Positions 15,891-24,000 of a DNA stretch of 24,000 nt are shown here, piece by piece. The stretch is from Saccharolobus sp. A20 (GTDB lineage: Archaea; Thermoproteota; Thermoprotei_A; Sulfolobales; Sulfolobaceae), in assembly GCF_001719125.1 (NCBI RefSeq), contig NZ_CP017006.1:1912384-1936383 (forward strand). Reading direction: 5' to 3'. The position numbers and the translations under genes were made by a program. Below the pieces are notes generated by a model. That model was not told the DNA's origin, did not search any database, and saw nothing but the letters and a program-made list of their open reading frames with translations. Positions within the stretch are counted from its first letter, which is position 1; every line of letters begins with the position of its first letter.

Positions 15891-16803
15891 TGCCAGCCTA
15901 AGCTTCTGAATACTTGCTAAACTTACTCTTGTCGAAAGTCTCTGTGCTTTGCAAGAGTATATTATAAACTGATGTCTTATCATGCATAATGACGATGTTG
16001 TATCTCCAATTATCTAGTTCAGTCCCTTTTAACATTACGTAAACGTGAAATTAACTCTCTTAGGGCATGAAGACTCGTAATGCTTAACAATGTATCTCGC
16101 CTTAAACTAAAAACAAAGAAATGATTACGATCCTCAACATTAATCCTGTTAACTAAGATTAGTTAACTTGTAAAAAGCAAATTACTATGAGGCAAAAGTT
16201 CTCCGACCGGATAGAACCCAAGAGGTTGAGCTAAGGCAATATAAAGGATTAAACCTAGGTTTAAAAAGGGAAGAATTAGAGCATGAATGAGGAAATTAAC
16301 TTTCGTGTTTTCATCCCAATAAATAACCTCACTCAAAACTTTTCTGTAACAAAGAAAATACAATTTATACAAAATAACTAACCAAATTATCGTCTACACA
16401 TTGTATGACTGCACTATATTCATCAACTATTTATCTCCATTGATTACACTACTTATAGCTTAGAACTTTTAAGTTATTTGGCTATAAGTTTATGTTCAGG
16501 TATAAACCTGATATACGAAAAATAATAACGTAGCCATAAAGGTACAAATCTTGATTACATCTCCATTTCAAACATATTAACGTCCTACAGTGTTTTAAAA
16601 CTCCTATTTATAGCCTTTGTTGCCTTTACTAGCACGTGCTAATTTAATGTCATTATAGAAAGTTCAGAACCTATAGCTAATATAAAGTCCATTGATGTAA
16701 TGGTGAAGTCTAACTTAAATAGGTACTATATTTGTATGTTATAATTGTTGCTAAAAATTATAATTAGCAGAGAATGTTTCCTAGGTAAAGGCGGAAGTTT
16801 TTC

Positions 16804-17619
16804 TTAGTGCTTTCTTTTTCTGAAAACTAGTCCATTGGTTTTTACTTCGTACTCAATATTATCTAAACCTAAAAGTAAAGACTTTATAGTAATGGTATTA
16901 AGTAAGATATTAGTAGGTGAGATATCTGGCTTTAATTTAACAGCTATTTGTTCAGCTGTTAACTCTTCCATGGAAATTAAGTCCAAAATTTTATTGACTA
17001 TATTGTGAAGATAATTTATGTTATGTTCTAATAACGTAATCATTTTATTTTTGTTGTAAATAGGACCATGACTAATTACTATATTTTGTACGCTTTTTGC
17101 TAGTTCTTTGATTTTGTATAAACTCTGTTCAGCTTCCCAGAAATCGATATAGAAAGGAACTGAATAACCTTCTAATACCTTATCACCAAAAAATGCATCA
17201 CCAGCGTACAATACATCTCCTATGATATAGCCAGAGTGCCCAGGCGTATGTCCCGGTAGTTTGATTACTTCTACTTCTGAAATTCGAATGTTATTATCCA
17301 AGAATTCGAGGTTATCTTTTATGTAATCATACATAAAAATATCGGAATTCTTAGAACTAAACCCATATACCAATGCTCTTCTTCCAATGATATTTAATGT
17401 CCAGTAATCTTCTATAGGTAAATATCTAATTTTAGCATCTTTTTTGAATAATCCGGCTATATGATCAGCGTGACCATGAGTAGCTAATTGAACCTCAGCG
17501 TTAATATCTATAGACGAATTTTTTCCGCCTTGATCTACGATTATTCGATTGTCAAAAACTAAGGTATTTGGACTGCCTGATATAACTGAGACATCCTTGG
17601 TTAATTTAATAGTAGGCAT
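16804..17619 (-). CDS. MBL-fold metallo-hydrolase (beta-lactamase superfamily) with a C-terminal extra domain
   Basis: 271 aa with the HxHxDH motif (THGHADHIAG), downstream PGHTPGH, GDAFF and ISHGP metal-ligand motifs, and about 70 additional C-terminal residues. Confidence 0.85.
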   Translation of the reverse strand: MPTIKLTKDVSVISGSPNTLVFDNRIIVDQGGKNSSIDINAEVQLATHGHADHIAGLFKKDAKIRYLPIEDYWTLNIIGRRALVYGFSSKNSDIFMYDYIKDNLEFLDNNIRISEVEVIKLPGHTPGHSGYIIGDVLYAGDAFFGDKVLEGYSVPFYIDFWEAEQSLYKIKELAKSVQNIVISHGPIYNKNKMITLLEHNINYLHNIVNKILDLISMEELTAEQIAVKLKPDISPTNILLNTITIKSLLLGLDNIEYEVKTNGLVFRKRKH

Positions 17620-17684
17620 TGTGGTATACTTTGATCAATAACGTATTAAACTTGTTTTTAAAAATTAAGTTTACAATATGAGGA

Positions 17685-17705
17685 AAGCCTCGCCCTTTAG
17701 GGCGG
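17685..17705. repeat. GC-rich hairpin repeat, copy 2; probable subterminal (left-end) hairpin of an IS200/IS605-type element
   Basis: Identical to 1660-1680. Here the stem extends to 8 bp (CCTCGCCC/GGGCGGGG, one G-U pair). It lies 78 nt upstream of the TnpB-like N-terminal remnant. Confidence 0.55.
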
Positions 17706-17782
17706 GGATAGTAAGGTATTTAAGTTCCTTTCTCTCCTTTTTGTGAGTATGGGGTCTATTAGTAAAGGTTAGATTAGGAATT

Positions 17783-17959
17783 ATGGCTACTATTAGCCTT
17801 ATGATTCCTCCACCTTCCCTACTCAACCTTGTTCAAAGATATGAGAAAAGGTTAAGATATGTAGTTGATTGGTTAAGGGAAAGTAGACTAGAAAAACCTA
17901 GTTAAGGAAGTTCATAAGGCAACTTATGAAATTTTAAAGGAGAAGTTTAACCTTCATGG
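17783..17959 (+). pseudogene. frameshifted, truncated N-terminal remnant of a TnpB/OrfB (IS200/IS605, IS1341-group)-like gene
   Basis: From ATG 17783: MATISLMIPPPSLLNLVQRYEKRLRYVVDWLRESRLEKPS, then a stop. One frame over it continues LVKEVHKATYEILKEKFNLH and is then interrupted by the MITE. The pattern resembles N-termini of Sulfolobus OrfB proteins as I remember them. No full-length gene follows. Confidence 0.45.
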
Positions 17960-18215
17960 TGTGTGGACAACAATTTGGTTGTTTTAAAATAAATTGAATT
18001 TTGTCTATTGTGGAAAAGTATTTTGCATGAGGCAACTCATCTATTGGGACGAGTAGATGCATGGGTTTGATTTCCTAACACTCACCTAACTCAACAAGAA
18101 ACACAATAACGAGATGGCTAAAAATATTCTTCAATACAATTTACTCGAAATCTATTGACATAAGTTGGAATAAAATTGAATTTTATGGAGGTGGATGAAA
18201 TTGTTGTCCACACAC
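17960..18215 (+). mobile_element. 256-bp MITE (non-autonomous DNA transposon) with perfect 18-bp terminal inverted repeats and an 8-bp target-site duplication
   Basis: GTGTGTGGACAACAATTT (17960-17977) is the exact reverse complement of AAATTGTTGTCCACACAC (18198-18215). The direct repeat CCTTCATG lies immediately outside both ends (17952-17959 and 18216-18223). No ORF inside. Confidence 0.8.
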
Positions 18216-18360
18216 CCTTCATGCAAAGTTACTCTTTAAATGGCGTTTCATTTTTACAACACTCTTAGGCATCTCCCATATCTTTTTTATCATGAATAAA
18301 AGTTAAAAAGATAAATTTTGAAAGAAGGCTAATAAGGTACAAAATAGTATAGAATATATT

Positions 18361-19374
18361 GTGTCTAAGGCAAAACCTCTACTACTAGGAAATGTAAAAA
18401 GGGCTTTCAAAGGTTTAGGAGTTAAGAAGTTGCCGTTAATTGCAGGCCATAAGTTACTTTATTCATGTAATTTAAGATGTAGGATGTGTCCCTTCTGGAG
18501 AAGAAAAGATGAGAAATTATTAACGGTTGATGAAGAAGTATTAATCTTTAAATCGCTGGAGAAGGCTGGTGTCTTATTTATTGGATTTGAGGGAGGAGAG
18601 CCTCTTCTAAGGAGAGATATAGATCAAATATTAGAGGAAGCATATAAAAGATTTCACACTTCCTTAGTAACGAATGGTTGGCTATTGAGAGAAAAGGCTA
18701 AGAGTATAAGTGAGCATTTGGATTACCTTTTTGTCTCAATTGACGGAATAGCTGAGGCTCATGATAAAATTAGGGGAATTCCTGGATCGTTTGATAAGGC
18801 TATTGAAGGAATTAGAGAAGCTATAAAGTACATCCCAGTCTCAATTAGCTTCACTATAACTAATGATAATTATGATCAGGTATTAGGAGTTGTTGAATTG
18901 GCTAAAAAATTAGGTATTACAGTAAGTGTTCAAGTATCATATGATTATTCTACAGCTGAGAAATTGAGTCCGGAAAGGGAAAAATTGTTTAATACGTTGA
19001 ACCTTCTGATAGAGCTGAAGAAAAAAGGTTATCCTATTGTAGAATCTATAAACTATTTTAATGCTATTAAAAATTCTTGGTATTATGGTATTTTATGGAA
19101 ATGTAAGCCATGGTTAGTGATAAATATAGATCCGCAAGGTAAGGTAGTCCTGCCTTGTTACGTTTTAAATGAGTATAAGGGTTTTGAAAAAGTGTGGGAG
19201 GTTGATTTAGTGAAGCTATGGAATAACTATCCGTGGGAGAAGTATGAGAATTGTAATAGGTGCGCTTTGGCTTGTCATCTTGAACCCTCATTATTTAGCT
19301 GGAAGAATTCAAGTGAGATTAGGGAGAAAATAATTAACAATATTGTAAGTTACATATATGATCTTATACCGTAA
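18361..19374 (+). CDS. radical SAM enzyme with a C-terminal SPASM/twitch-like cysteine cluster
   Basis: 337 aa, GTG start. CNLRCRMC is the CX3CX2C motif (C36, C40, C43), and FEGGEPLL is a SAM-binding GGE motif. The C-terminus has CKPWLVINIDPQGKVVLPC ... CNRCALAC, consistent with an auxiliary Fe-S cluster. Confidence 0.9.
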   Translation: MSKAKPLLLGNVKRAFKGLGVKKLPLIAGHKLLYSCNLRCRMCPFWRRKDEKLLTVDEEVLIFKSLEKAGVLFIGFEGGEPLLRRDIDQILEEAYKRFHTSLVTNGWLLREKAKSISEHLDYLFVSIDGIAEAHDKIRGIPGSFDKAIEGIREAIKYIPVSISFTITNDNYDQVLGVVELAKKLGITVSVQVSYDYSTAEKLSPEREKLFNTLNLLIELKKKGYPIVESINYFNAIKNSWYYGILWKCKPWLVINIDPQGKVVLPCYVLNEYKGFEKVWEVDLVKLWNNYPWEKYENCNRCALACHLEPSLFSWKNSSEIREKIINNIVSYIYDLIP

Positions 19375-19410
19375 AATTTTAATGTTAGATATTGAAAAAA
19401 TATATTAAAA

Positions 19411-19572
19411 ATGTTTTGCTACAAACTAGTATTTATAGAAGACAAATATTTCATGTATGTTTATAATGGAGAGAAAGTAATAGGTGTGATTCCATTAGAT
19501 AAAAACCAGTCTACTTCGCTTAATAAAGCTAAAGAATATGAGGAGAGATTTGGTTGGAAAAAATGTGTTTAA
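19411..19572 (+). CDS. unannotated 53-aa ORF directly downstream of the radical SAM gene (candidate small protein or precursor peptide)
   Basis: Hand translation gives [53 protein letters not shown], then TAA. It fills 162 of the 194 nt between the two flanking genes, in DNA where stop codons are frequent. AAATTTTAAT lies about 30 nt upstream of the ATG. Confidence 0.35.
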   Translation: MFCYKLVFIEDKYFMYVYNGEKVIGVIPLDKNQSTSLNKAKEYEERFGWKKCV

Positions 19573-20099
19573 GAAAACTCTTTGTCGAATATTTGCTTAA
19601 ACGTATTATATGCATCTTTCGTATATAAAACTACTATAACGTTCCTCAGAGTTTTAGGCTTAAAGGATTTTATCACATTTGCCATTATTCTAGCACATAC
19701 CTCAAAAGGATAACCAAAGATACCTGTAGATATTGCAGGTAGTGCAATACTTGTTAAACCTAATTCTTCAGCTTTCTCTAGCGACTTCCTAATAGCTGAT
19801 TCCAACTTATCATCACCTTCTATACCGTATCTAGGACCTACCGCATGAATTATATATTTGGCCTTTAATTTTCCTGCACTTGTTACAGCTACTTCTCCAA
19901 CGGGCACTGGTCCGTTTTTTCTAATGTATTCATCACTCTCCTTTTGTATTTCATATCCACCCTTCTTTACAATTGCATAAGCTACTCCTCCTCCATGTTG
20001 AAGGTAAGAATTAGCAGCGTTAACTATTGCATCTGCTCTAATTTCTGTAATATCTCCTAGAATTAGGTCGACCTTTAGACCATTTTCTAATTGATACAT
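19569..20099 (-). CDS. macro-domain protein (ADP-ribose binding / O-acetyl-ADP-ribose deacetylase-like, Af1521 type)
   Basis: 176 aa. [31 protein letters not shown] and [13 protein letters not shown] are the hallmark macro-domain motifs. Confidence 0.9.
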   Translation of the reverse strand: MYQLENGLKVDLILGDITEIRADAIVNAANSYLQHGGGVAYAIVKKGGYEIQKESDEYIRKNGPVPVGEVAVTSAGKLKAKYIIHAVGPRYGIEGDDKLESAIRKSLEKAEELGLTSIALPAISTGIFGYPFEVCARIMANVIKSFKPKTLRNVIVVLYTKDAYNTFKQIFDKEFS

Positions 20100-20136
20100 A
20101 CAAAATTATATTAGTTGTTATTGCTTAAGAAAGTAA

Positions 20137-21246
20137 GTGGATTCAAGAGTAAAACTGCTTTTTCTTGCTCTAGTCATAATGTTATTTAACTCTATTTATC
20201 AGTATTCGTGGAATTCCATATCTCTTCTAGTGTCAAGGACCCTTAACTCTTCTGTCACAGCTATTGAAGTCGCATTTACGTTATATGCTATATTATCTTC
20301 GTTTTCTCAAATAGGAGGAGGGTATATAATTGATACTATTGGTCCGAGATTAGTTGGAGTAATATCCGCAATTTTCTTTTCCCTAGGATTTCTTATTCCA
20401 GTTATTTTTCCAAATATTATCCTCTTTTACATTTCCTGGTCTTTAGGCAGCATAGCTGAGGGAATACTATATGGTATAGCAGTGAATGTAGCGTTAAAAT
20501 GGTACGAGAATAAGAGGGGGTTCGCCACTGGTATAGTATCATTAGGATTTGGTATTGGAGGGGCTATTTTTAATCCTTTTATTTCAATTTATAGATATTA
20601 TTATGATCCATTCATCATAATAGGTATATTATCTTTATTTTGTCTATTACTTATTTCATTTAACGTGACATACCCTCCAAGGGATAAGCTTAAGGGAAAT
20701 TCTCCTAAGAAAATTATAAGAGGCAAGGATTGGTGGTTAATTTATTTTTCATATTCTTTTGCGATAATTCCACTTCTTTCTTTTTCCTCCTCTTTATCTT
20801 TTTTGGGATCAGAATTACCTAGATGGTTACTTCTACTTTCTATAACCATATTTCCTGTGACGAGTGGGCTGGGCAGACCATTATTTGGAATGTTATCAGA
20901 TAAGATGAATAGATTTCATAGCGTTATAATATTAAATTCACTAACGCTTCTAGCTTCTTTACTTTCTCTTCTCTCTCTCCCCTTATCAGCAATATTAGTC
21001 GGTTTGTTTGGGGGTTCTACCCTTACGTTATATCTATCATTATTAGGTGATATTTATGGTAACAAATTTTCTGGTACTAATACTGGTATTTTATATACGG
21101 GAAAAGCTTTCGCTGGAACTTTAGGTAGCATTTTATTAGGGTATTTTATCACGATAAGCAAATCAATAGCTTTACTGTTTATAATAGTTTCTCCACTTAT
21201 TTCTATAATATTACTTTTAGCCGCAAGTAAAGTTCTATCCTATTAA
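20137..21246 (+). CDS. MFS transporter (oxalate/formate-antiporter-like subfamily guess)
   Basis: 369 aa, GTG start, about 11-12 TM segments. MFS loop motifs [11 protein letters not shown] and GMLSDKMNR occur in the two halves. Confidence 0.8.
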   Translation: MDSRVKLLFLALVIMLFNSIYQYSWNSISLLVSRTLNSSVTAIEVAFTLYAILSSFSQIGGGYIIDTIGPRLVGVISAIFFSLGFLIPVIFPNIILFYISWSLGSIAEGILYGIAVNVALKWYENKRGFATGIVSLGFGIGGAIFNPFISIYRYYYDPFIIIGILSLFCLLLISFNVTYPPRDKLKGNSPKKIIRGKDWWLIYFSYSFAIIPLLSFSSSLSFLGSELPRWLLLLSITIFPVTSGLGRPLFGMLSDKMNRFHSVIILNSLTLLASLLSLLSLPLSAILVGLFGGSTLTLYLSLLGDIYGNKFSGTNTGILYTGKAFAGTLGSILLGYFITISKSIALLFIIVSPLISIILLLAASKVLSY

Positions 21247-21981
21247 TTCCAAGGTTATTGGCGCATGATCAGACCCTTGTATGTTATCTAAAATGTCAGC
21301 ACTTTTAATCCTGTCTTTTAGCTCATTTGAAACCAAACAGTAGTCTAATCTCAATCCAAGGTTCTTTTCTCTAGCGTGCATCATGTAACTCCACCAAGTA
21401 TATTTCCTTTTATTAGGATAAAAATACCTAAACGTATCAATATATCCTAACGACAGAAAGTGTGTAAGCCATTGTTTTTCTTGTGGTGTTAAACCCGGAA
21501 TTGAAGGATCATGATAGGCTGCGTCTATATCTTGATGTGCTACATTGAAATCTCCACACAGTATTACTGGTTTATTTTTTCTTAATTTTTCTGAAAAATT
21601 TTCTATAATCTCATCAAATTTTAATTTATAGCTTAATCTCTCTAGCCCATCTCCTGCTCTTGGAAAGTAAGAATTTATAACGTAAAAATCGTTAAGTTCT
21701 ATTGTAATAACTCTCCCCTCCTCGTCAAATTCAGTTTTACCTAGCCCTTTTATGACGTTGATTGGTTTCTCTTTACATAGTGTCATTACTCCACTATACC
21801 CTTTTCTTTTAGCAGGAAATGTGAAAATTTGAAAGCCTAGTGTAATAAAATCTAAGGGTACTAAATCTCCTCTAATCTCTTGAAATAATATTATATCGAA
21901 ATTATTATTTTTTATAAAATCCAGTAGATTTTTCTTTAAAGCTGACCTTAATCCGTTAATATTCCAGCTTACGATCTTCAC
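21235..21981 (-). CDS. xth: exodeoxyribonuclease III (ExoIII/APE1-family AP endonuclease)
   Basis: 248 aa. Has [28 protein letters not shown] and [11 protein letters not shown], the canonical EEP-fold ExoIII motifs. Its 3' end overlaps the convergent MFS gene by 12 nt. Confidence 0.9.
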   Translation of the reverse strand: MKIVSWNINGLRSALKKNLLDFIKNNNFDIILFQEIRGDLVPLDFITLGFQIFTFPAKRKGYSGVMTLCKEKPINVIKGLGKTEFDEEGRVITIELNDFYVINSYFPRAGDGLERLSYKLKFDEIIENFSEKLRKNKPVILCGDFNVAHQDIDAAYHDPSIPGLTPQEKQWLTHFLSLGYIDTFRYFYPNKRKYTWWSYMMHAREKNLGLRLDYCLVSNELKDRIKSADILDNIQGSDHAPITLELIG

Positions 21982-21991
21982 ATGAATACTC

Positions 21992-22756
21992 TTATAGGGA
22001 ATGGGTTAAATTATCTATCCTTCCACCATCAGCAACAATTACTTGTCCAGTAATATATCTGGCCTCCTCACTCGCTAAAAATAGTACCACATTAGCTATA
22101 TCTCTTGGCTTAGCGGTAATGCCTAATACAGTTTTACTTCTAAATATTTCCCTTAACTTTTCCGCTTCTTCCTCGGATTTGTTTCCTAACGTCATATCCG
22201 TCTCAGTCCAGCCAGGCGCAACTGCGTTTACCCTTATTCCATATCTACCTAATTCAAAGGCTAATCTTTTAGTAAGTATTATTACTCCGGCTTTGGTTAT
22301 AGCGTAAAACGTAGTACCATTAGCTGATGTTCCAATCCCCGCATTTGATGCCATATTTACAATTGATGGACTCTTTCCCCTTTTTAGCAGTGGCAAAAAT
22401 TCATAAGTTACGTAAATGGTTCCGTTTAAGTTTACGTTTAACATTCTCTCGTAATTAGTTTGGTCAAATTCCTCAAATGGCATTAACAACATAATACCAG
22501 CGTTATTTACTAAAATATCAATTCTGGTAAACTCCTTTTCTACCATTTCCTTAGCTCTTATGACGTCAGCTCTATTACCTACATCACACTTAACTGTATA
22601 AACGCCCTTATTTTTTAGTTCTAAAGCTTCCTTCTCTGCAGAGTTGTAAAGAACTATTACCTTTGCCCCTTCTTCTAAGAACCCTTCAGTGATAGCTCTG
22701 CCTATTCCTCTCGTTCCACCTGTTACAAGAACTACTTTATCCTGGAATCTCATCAT
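21992..22756 (-). CDS. short-chain dehydrogenase/reductase (FabG-like 3-oxoacyl reductase family)
   Basis: 254 aa. Cofactor motif [14 protein letters not shown], and catalytic YAITKAG (YxxxK). Confidence 0.9.
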   Translation of the reverse strand: MMRFQDKVVLVTGGTRGIGRAITEGFLEEGAKVIVLYNSAEKEALELKNKGVYTVKCDVGNRADVIRAKEMVEKEFTRIDILVNNAGIMLLMPFEEFDQTNYERMLNVNLNGTIYVTYEFLPLLKRGKSPSIVNMASNAGIGTSANGTTFYAITKAGVIILTKRLAFELGRYGIRVNAVAPGWTETDMTLGNKSEEEAEKLREIFRSKTVLGITAKPRDIANVVLFLASEEARYITGQVIVADGGRIDNLTHSL

Positions 22757-22809
22757 CTGAAATATACCATTTGCCTTATTAACGTTTTCTTCATGTATCT
22801 TTTATTAAC

Positions 22810-23910
22810 GTGATAAGAAGATTCATCGGACAGTTCTTCATAGTCGATGGGTTCACGATGATAGGGTTATTATTTCCAGTGGAATTTTATAGTGAAACAA
22901 AATCATTATTTCTTTTAGGGGTAATTTCTGGGATCTATAATTTGCTAAACGCTTTAGGTTCCTATATTTGGGGATACTTAATAGATAGGACGAGGCTTAG
23001 AAAGGAATACGCCATCTTACTCTCACTTTTGGGTATATGTGTTGGTGTAATTTACCACCAAAATAAGTTAATAGCTTATGAATTAAGTGGATTTGTCTCC
23101 GCCTTAGACGGTCCTATATACTCTGCTATAATACTTGAAACTATACCTCAAGAAAGGCTTCTGATAGAGAATACAAGGTTTTCTCAAATTTCATTAGCTG
23201 GAAACATTACTGGTTCTCTCTTGTCTGCTTTTTATCCCAACGACTACATGATAATTGGATTTTTTACTATATCGTTATTAGTCAATGTGATCCATATACC
23301 TAAGTATGATGGTGGAATAAACTTTGATGCAGCTGATAGAAATAAGATGTTAAAACTGTTGTACATTCCCGTGATATCTTTCTTTTGGTTTAATTTAGCT
23401 GCTGAAATATTCTACACGTTATACGTTCCGTTAAATTATCTAATGGGAAATCCCTCGTTTATTGTATTTATCAGTTATTCTTTATTATATTTTATCGAAG
23501 AATTAACTTATAGTAAGGGTCTTGAGTTAGTCAAAGGCAAGGAGGAGTATTTTATGTTTTTAGTAATATTCTTGAGATCATTAATAATATTGACCTTAAT
23601 ATTTATAATAATAACGGGGTTTAAGATACATTACTTCGTCATGTTGTTCTTTTTAACTTTTGGACCGCTATTTCCCATTTATAATATTTCGTTCTTTTCA
23701 GTATTGATAAAAGGCCTAAGAAGAAATAAGGCTACTATTATAGGTATTTTTAATGCCAGTGAAGACGTTGCGAACATTGCAGGAGGTTTCTTAGCCGGTT
23801 CTACTAATAATATAGCTGTAAATTATCAGATAGCTTTTTACTCCTTTGCATTGTCAATGTTCTTACTATATATTTACTTAGCTAAACCTCTTCGCACTAA
23901 GGCCTCTTGA
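22810..23910 (+). CDS. MFS-like transporter / polytopic membrane protein
   Basis: 366 aa, GTG start, about 10-12 TM segments. MFS-type loop GYLIDRTRLRK after TM2. Confidence 0.7.
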   Translation: MIRRFIGQFFIVDGFTMIGLLFPVEFYSETKSLFLLGVISGIYNLLNALGSYIWGYLIDRTRLRKEYAILLSLLGICVGVIYHQNKLIAYELSGFVSALDGPIYSAIILETIPQERLLIENTRFSQISLAGNITGSLLSAFYPNDYMIIGFFTISLLVNVIHIPKYDGGINFDAADRNKMLKLLYIPVISFFWFNLAAEIFYTLYVPLNYLMGNPSFIVFISYSLLYFIEELTYSKGLELVKGKEEYFMFLVIFLRSLIILTLIFIIITGFKIHYFVMLFFLTFGPLFPIYNISFFSVLIKGLRRNKATIIGIFNASEDVANIAGGFLAGSTNNIAVNYQIAFYSFALSMFLLYIYLAKPLRTKAS

Positions 23911-24000
23911 TACAGAGACTTCTCTTTTTCCGTTTCTGGATTGTACTCTGGCATTTTTATTGGTTTGCCTTGGTAATTTACTCTAACGTATGTAAAGTAT
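23874..24000 (-). CDS. 3' end (41 codons plus stop) of a gene entering from beyond the window; function unknown
   Basis: The reverse complement reads ...YFTYVRVNYQGKPIKMPEYNPETEKEKSLYQEALVRRGLAK, then TAA (23876-23874). Open to the window edge. Overlaps the 3' end of the convergent MFS-like gene by 37 nt. Confidence 0.3.
   Translation of the reverse strand, partial: YFTYVRVNYQGKPIKMPEYNPETEKEKSLYQEALVRRGLAK

Noticed and set aside
15759-15983. 74-aa minus-strand ORF from the track.
   Set aside because: It lies inside the degenerate MITE-like copy. The corresponding region of the intact MITE at 17960-18215 is broken by stops, so it is not a conserved coding sequence.
16163-16372. 69-aa minus-strand ORF from the track in the gene-free tract.
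   Set aside because: No motif and no plausible promoter context, and it is surrounded by decayed sequence. Possibly a relic, but it is not supportable as a gene.
16148-16641. Hairpin GTTAACTA-AGAT-TAGTTAAC (16148-16167) and the perfect 12-bp palindrome TAGCACGTGCTA (16630-16641) in the gene-free tract.
   Set aside because: Palindromes of this size are expected by chance a few times in 24 kb. There is no second copy and no associated gene or end structure.
19067-19291. 74-aa minus-strand ORF.
   Set aside because: Antisense inside the radical SAM gene.
22119-22307. 62-aa plus-strand ORF.
   Set aside because: Antisense inside the SDR gene.
1-24000. Scan for CRISPR arrays, tRNA/rRNA genes and other GC-rich structured-RNA islands.
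   Set aside because: There are no regularly spaced direct repeats, no tRNA T-arm or acceptor-like GC-rich segments and no rRNA-like sequence. The only GC islands in intergenic DNA are the two hairpin repeats reported above.

Overview
AT-rich crenarchaeal chromosome segment, Sulfolobales-type by gene content. The core is a complete crenarchaeal archaellum operon, arlB-arlX-arlG-arlF-arlH-arlI-arlJ (9292-15585, + strand), with translationally coupled genes. Head-to-head with arlB lies a minus-strand block of six genes (5221-9167) whose products all look membrane-anchored. It comprises an ArnR-like double-wHTH regulator, a 491-aa polytopic protein, a pair of paralogous C-terminally anchored proteins, a 134-aa membrane protein, and an unannotated 59-aa two-TM micro-ORF. 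This block is my best candidate for an undescribed archaellum-associated module. The left part of the window holds two orphan ParA/MinD-type ATPases, a CBS-pair protein, an MDR oxidoreductase, and a lone RHH gene next to a 633-bp ORF-free spacer. Downstream of arlJ is a 2.8-kb zone of decayed mobile DNA surrounding an MBL-fold hydrolase gene. It contains a 256-bp MITE with perfect 18-bp terminal inverted repeats and an 8-bp target duplication, nested in a TnpB-like remnant. It also contains a second, degenerate inverted MITE copy and a GC-rich hairpin repeat. The right part encodes a radical-SAM/SPASM-like enzyme followed by an unannotated 53-aa ORF (candidate modified peptide), a macro-domain protein, two MFS transporters, exonuclease III and an SDR. 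I saw no rRNA, tRNA or CRISPR array. All functional calls come from reading motifs by eye; no searches were run.
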